This document shows, one piece after another, positions 40,236-43,035 of a stretch of DNA of 43,035 bases. This DNA is from a virus. A program made the translations under genes and the position numbers. Location of the stretch: IMG/VR virus record IMGVR_UViG_3300014949_000001. One strand, 5' to 3'. A model generated the notes under the pieces. It was given only the letters and a program-made list of their open reading frames with translations, was not told the origin of the DNA and did not search any database. Within the stretch, counting starts at the first letter, position 1; each line of letters opens with the position of its first letter.

Positions 40236-40940
40236 TCACTCCCACGCTGCGTCTGCCTTCTGCGGCACAACCTGCTTGTGATGCGCCCCGCATTTTTCGC
40301 AGTAGTAATACCGCGTGCTGCCGTCTGTCCGCTCCAGAACCCATGCGTGATTGCACTGGCTCCGGTCCGGAACCTTCGGCAGCCGCTGCTCCAGACGTTC
40401 CAGTTTCCGTCTGCGCCACTCGTCCACGGCATCCCGGCAGTCATGCAGCAGCATCATCTGCTCCAGCATGATCTGCACGTCTGCGATCTCTTCGGCGATG
40501 GCATCCGCGTTGTCCTCTCCGCGCACGCTTTTGCAAAGCTCCTTCTGCAGCTCAGAAAGTTCCTCTGCCGCCACGACGCTCTGCATCTCCGCGCCCCATG
40601 CCCGCAGCGCCCTGTTGCAGAGCGTGCGCATCTCATCGAGCGTTTCGTCGTCCAGGCCCGGCGCTGTGCCTTTGCGGTTCGCCTTGTTGAAGACGTCCCA
40701 CTGCAGCCGGTATCCTTCCAACTCCCAGAGCTTGTTCGCGATATGCTCCAGGCAGATGCGCTCGCCCGTGCGCTTGTCGTAGTTCGCCGGGTCAACGCAC
40801 GCGCTGTCGGCCGTCAGAACGAACCCGTTCTTCAGCTTCGCCGTTACCACCGTGCATTTCCCGAACAGCGTCAGTGTGCGGATGTCCGCTTCGCTGAGAA
40901 GCGCATCGATTCTATCCTTGGTGATCTTAATATCGCTCAT
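40236..40940 (-). CDS. Fusion of an N4 Gp49/Sf6 Gp66-like domain, a MazG-like NTP pyrophosphohydrolase domain and a C-terminal Zn-ribbon
   Basis: 234 aa. ...VVTAKLKNGFVLTADSACVDPANYDKRTGERICLEHIANKLWELEGY..., then ...AEELSELQKELCK...EEIADVQIMLEQM..., then CNH..CEKCGAHH. Confidence 0.55.
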   Translation of the reverse strand: MSDIKITKDRIDALLSEADIRTLTLFGKCTVVTAKLKNGFVLTADSACVDPANYDKRTGERICLEHIANKLWELEGYRLQWDVFNKANRKGTAPGLDDETLDEMRTLCNRALRAWGAEMQSVVAAEELSELQKELCKSVRGEDNADAIAEEIADVQIMLEQMMLLHDCRDAVDEWRRRKLERLEQRLPKVPDRSQCNHAWVLERTDGSTRYYYCEKCGAHHKQVVPQKADAAWE

Positions 40941-40954
40941 GGCTTATCCCTCCT

Positions 40955-41593
40955 TCACGTTCCCGGCGCCTCAATGATGCGGACGCCGTATTCCTCAGCG
41001 CAGGTGTGCTCGATCTTGCATCCGCGTGCGCCTTCCCAACCTGTTGCAAAATATGCAATATCTGCTGTTGCGAGCAGCTTCAGGCTTTCGCCCAGGAACC
41101 AGAGCGGCCGGTTGCACGCCGGGGCGTTTTCGAAGTAACTGTCGATGATCTCGACTTCGTCTCCGACGGCCTCTTTTGCCTGGCAGATCGCGACCTTCCG
41201 CTCCGCGATGATTTCCTCCTTGCTCTTGCCCTGCATGGGCTGCGATATGAATAGCTTCTTCATTCGTGTATCCTCCTTGTCTTCAAATTCTTTTAGGTGC
41301 TCGCGCAGTTCCGCGCACACCCACGCTGCCTGATAGAGCAGCCCGACTACATGTTCCGTCGTCCGAACATCATCGAAAAGCCATTCCGGCATCATCATAA
41401 TCAGGTCATCGTCAGAGATGTCTGGCTCTACATATTGGCACTGGTAGCTCAGAATCTTCCGCGTCAGATTGAGCAGGGAAATATCTGCACCGTTCTTTCC
41501 ATATTCGCGCACCCAAACCTCTTTGTCCTTGACATAAAACAGGTTGAGCGCCATTTCGAGATTGTTCTTCGGGGCATCTGTTGTGATCCTCAT
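40955..41593 (-). CDS. Two-domain protein: unknown N-domain plus DUF4406/nucleoside 2-deoxyribosyltransferase-like C-domain, with a second in-frame start at 41263
   Basis: 212 aa from the ATG at 41593 (RBS GAAGGAGGG). An internal ATG at 41263 also has AAGGAGG. C-domain: MKKLFISQPMQGKSKEEI...LATADIAYFATGWEGARGCKIEHTCAEEYG. Confidence 0.6.
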   Translation of the reverse strand: MRITTDAPKNNLEMALNLFYVKDKEVWVREYGKNGADISLLNLTRKILSYQCQYVEPDISDDDLIMMMPEWLFDDVRTTEHVVGLLYQAAWVCAELREHLKEFEDKEDTRMKKLFISQPMQGKSKEEIIAERKVAICQAKEAVGDEVEIIDSYFENAPACNRPLWFLGESLKLLATADIAYFATGWEGARGCKIEHTCAEEYGVRIIEAPGT

Positions 41594-41613
41594 ACGTTCC
41601 CTCCTTCTTGTAA

Positions 41614-42747
41614 TTATTCCGCCGCTTTGGCGGCTAGGTATCTGATCGCGTCGTCCATCGTGATTTGTTCTGCTGCATTTATCAGGGCCGCTTCCGGGTC
41701 TCGCCACTCGACGCCGATATAATCCAGCACGCGACCCCAGCCGTACCAGTTCCCGCGATCGTCCTGCATGACATGGTTCATCCACATTTCCCATTCTTTC
41801 GGGTTCCGCTCCCAGAGCCGGTCGAACCGATGCGGACGTTTCTCCATGTGTATGCCAAAGCCGCACATACTGCACCCAGTTCTCTGCGCTTTCGTTGTCC
41901 GCAGCGTTCCGTCTGCGTCTCGCGCGATCTCGCCGTAAATTTCCGGAACCGGCACCTGCAAATCTAACGCGAGCTGCAGCAGGTCTTGTCTTGAAAAAAT
42001 TGCGAATGGGCAGCTGCGCTTTGTACCTGCTGATATGTAGTTGCACCCGTGCATCATCAAAGCCTTCTGTCTGCGCCCACCTTCAGACGCCATCAGCCCC
42101 ATGTATGGAAAGCACCCAGTTTCCTTTGCATAGTCATTGCACGGCTTTTCCTTCAGGTAGTAGCAGCATTTATCCGACACAAGGAAGTCCGGCGTCATGT
42201 AGTTGACGTCCTCGCGCTCGTTTTCGTATCCGCCGAACAGCTCCAGCCACTTCTGCGCCAGCTTCATTCGTGTCCCCGTCCGGTATCCACCATAGGCCCC
42301 AGTTTCTCCAGTGATGATTGCATGACGAACCGTCGCGTTTTTCTCGCTCGGATTCTGAAGCAGCGAGATTTTCCCAGCGACCTCTTTTGAGATGACCGGC
42401 CATCCATATTCCCGCAGCACTTCGACCTTGCTCTTTAGCGGCTTCAACGGCTGCACGCCAAGCTGTTTATGCACCCTCTGGATGGACTTGTCCTCCAGCG
42501 ATGAGACAGAAACCGCAGGCACATCAATTCCGATGCTGCGCAGGAATAAAAGCAGCGTGATGGAGTCCAGGCCGCCGACTGCGACATAGCAGTTCCCTGC
42601 GACATCGGGGTGGTTGTAGAACTCCCACGCACGGATTCTCGCGTATTTCACCTTGAAGGCATAATCCATCTGCTGCTTTACGCGGAAATCAGCGATCTTG
42701 CGGTCTGTGTCCATCCGCGCGTTTCGCTCCAGCACATTCTCTTTCAC
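41614..42747 (-). CDS. PAPS-reductase-family (PP-loop ATP-pyrophosphatase-like) protein
   Basis: 377 aa from the GTG at 42747 (GTGA overlap with the upstream stop). PP-loop-like VAVGGLDSITLL, later CPFAIFSRQDL...RTGCSMCGFG. Confidence 0.7.
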   Translation of the reverse strand: MKENVLERNARMDTDRKIADFRVKQQMDYAFKVKYARIRAWEFYNHPDVAGNCYVAVGGLDSITLLLFLRSIGIDVPAVSVSSLEDKSIQRVHKQLGVQPLKPLKSKVEVLREYGWPVISKEVAGKISLLQNPSEKNATVRHAIITGETGAYGGYRTGTRMKLAQKWLELFGGYENEREDVNYMTPDFLVSDKCCYYLKEKPCNDYAKETGCFPYMGLMASEGGRRQKALMMHGCNYISAGTKRSCPFAIFSRQDLLQLALDLQVPVPEIYGEIARDADGTLRTTKAQRTGCSMCGFGIHMEKRPHRFDRLWERNPKEWEMWMNHVMQDDRGNWYGWGRVLDYIGVEWRDPEAALINAAEQITMDDAIRYLAAKAAE

Positions 42748-42905
42748 GTCCGCACAACTCCTTCCGCCTCGTCCTTCTCTCGTTTTTCCATGCACCACTC
42801 CGCGATCTCCGGGCAGTTGAACCTGCCCACGCAGACCTCTTCGTCGCACATCGGGCAGCACACCCATGGCGCCTCCCGCATATACGGGTCAACTTTCTGC
42901 TCCAT
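42744..42905 (-). CDS. Small Cys-rich (Zn-ribbon-like) protein
   Basis: 53 aa from the ATG at 42905 (MEQKVDPYMREAPWVCCPMCDEEVCVGRFNCPEIAEWC...). RBS GGGAGAG. Confidence 0.55.
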   Translation of the reverse strand: MEQKVDPYMREAPWVCCPMCDEEVCVGRFNCPEIAEWCMEKREKDEAEGVVRT

Positions 42906-43035
42906 GATCTTCTCTCCCTTCCACGCGGTACAGCCTGCCGCTGCGCAGCGCATACAGCCCGCCGACCGTCAGCTCCACCGGCCACGGTATGATCTCCGCT
43001 CGCTTCGACTCCCACGCAATCTCTCCGCTGTTTCC
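42889..43035 (-). CDS. 3' part of the junction-spanning 58-aa ORF (42937-43035 duplicates 1-99)
   Basis: Same frame as feature 1-129. Stop TGA at 42891-42889. Confidence 0.6.
   Translation of the reverse strand, partial: GNSGEIAWESKRAEIIPWPVELTVGGLYALRSGRLYRVEGREDHGAES
42937..43035. repeat. Terminal direct repeat, right copy (identical to 1-99)
   Basis: Direct comparison of the two ends. Confidence 0.95.

Noticed and set aside
1-43035. tRNA or rRNA genes, CRISPR arrays, tyrosine/serine integrase, excisionase
   Set aside because: None was recognised by eye on either strand. A tRNAscan or HMM search is needed to be certain, especially for tRNAs.

Overview
This window is a complete, circularly closed phage genome. 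Bases 1-99 are identical to 42937-43035, so the unique circle is 42,936 bp. It is GC-rich dsDNA, and all genes but one are on the minus strand. Genes are tightly packed, with AGGAGG-type ribosome-binding sites and many stop/start overlaps.

Gene order in the direction of transcription (descending coordinates, wrapping through the junction):
- XRE regulator (3801-4043).
- An IS30-family DDE transposase insulated by two terminators.
- Early and DNA-metabolism genes: HTH, Ref-like HNH nuclease, DUF3846-like, SSB, and a membrane-anchored SleB-like hydrolase.
- Across the junction: a small Cys-rich protein, a PAPS-reductase-like protein, a DUF4406-like protein, and a Gp49/MazG-like protein.
- A standalone lectin-like gene carrying a second DGR variable repeat (39197-39871).
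- An HUH rolling-circle Rep behind a 415-bp palindrome-rich non-coding leader, then a DUF1064-like gene.
- Terminase small and large subunits, portal, an unlisted 45-aa ORF, scaffold, decoration-like protein and major capsid.
- Tail fibre, then an Ig-domain DGR target, avd, TR and reverse transcriptase.
- CBM protein, holin-like proteins and an amidase endolysin.
- More virion or tail proteins, ending in a 4009-aa multi-enzyme polyvalent protein (4905-16934).
- The only plus-strand gene (4158-4859) is a membrane/Zn-finger protein divergent from the XRE gene.

I recognised no tail tube, sheath, classical tape measure, tyrosine/serine integrase, tRNA, rRNA or CRISPR array.

The headline is a textbook-quality diversity-generating retroelement. 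One template repeat matches two variable repeats about 13 kb apart, with strictly adenine-specific differences. Each variable repeat is followed by a conserved IMH-like tail and a GC hairpin. One target is a virion Ig-stalk protein. The other is a stalk-less paralogue sitting among the early and replication genes.

All family assignments come from remembered motifs read off the translations. They need HMM or BLAST confirmation.
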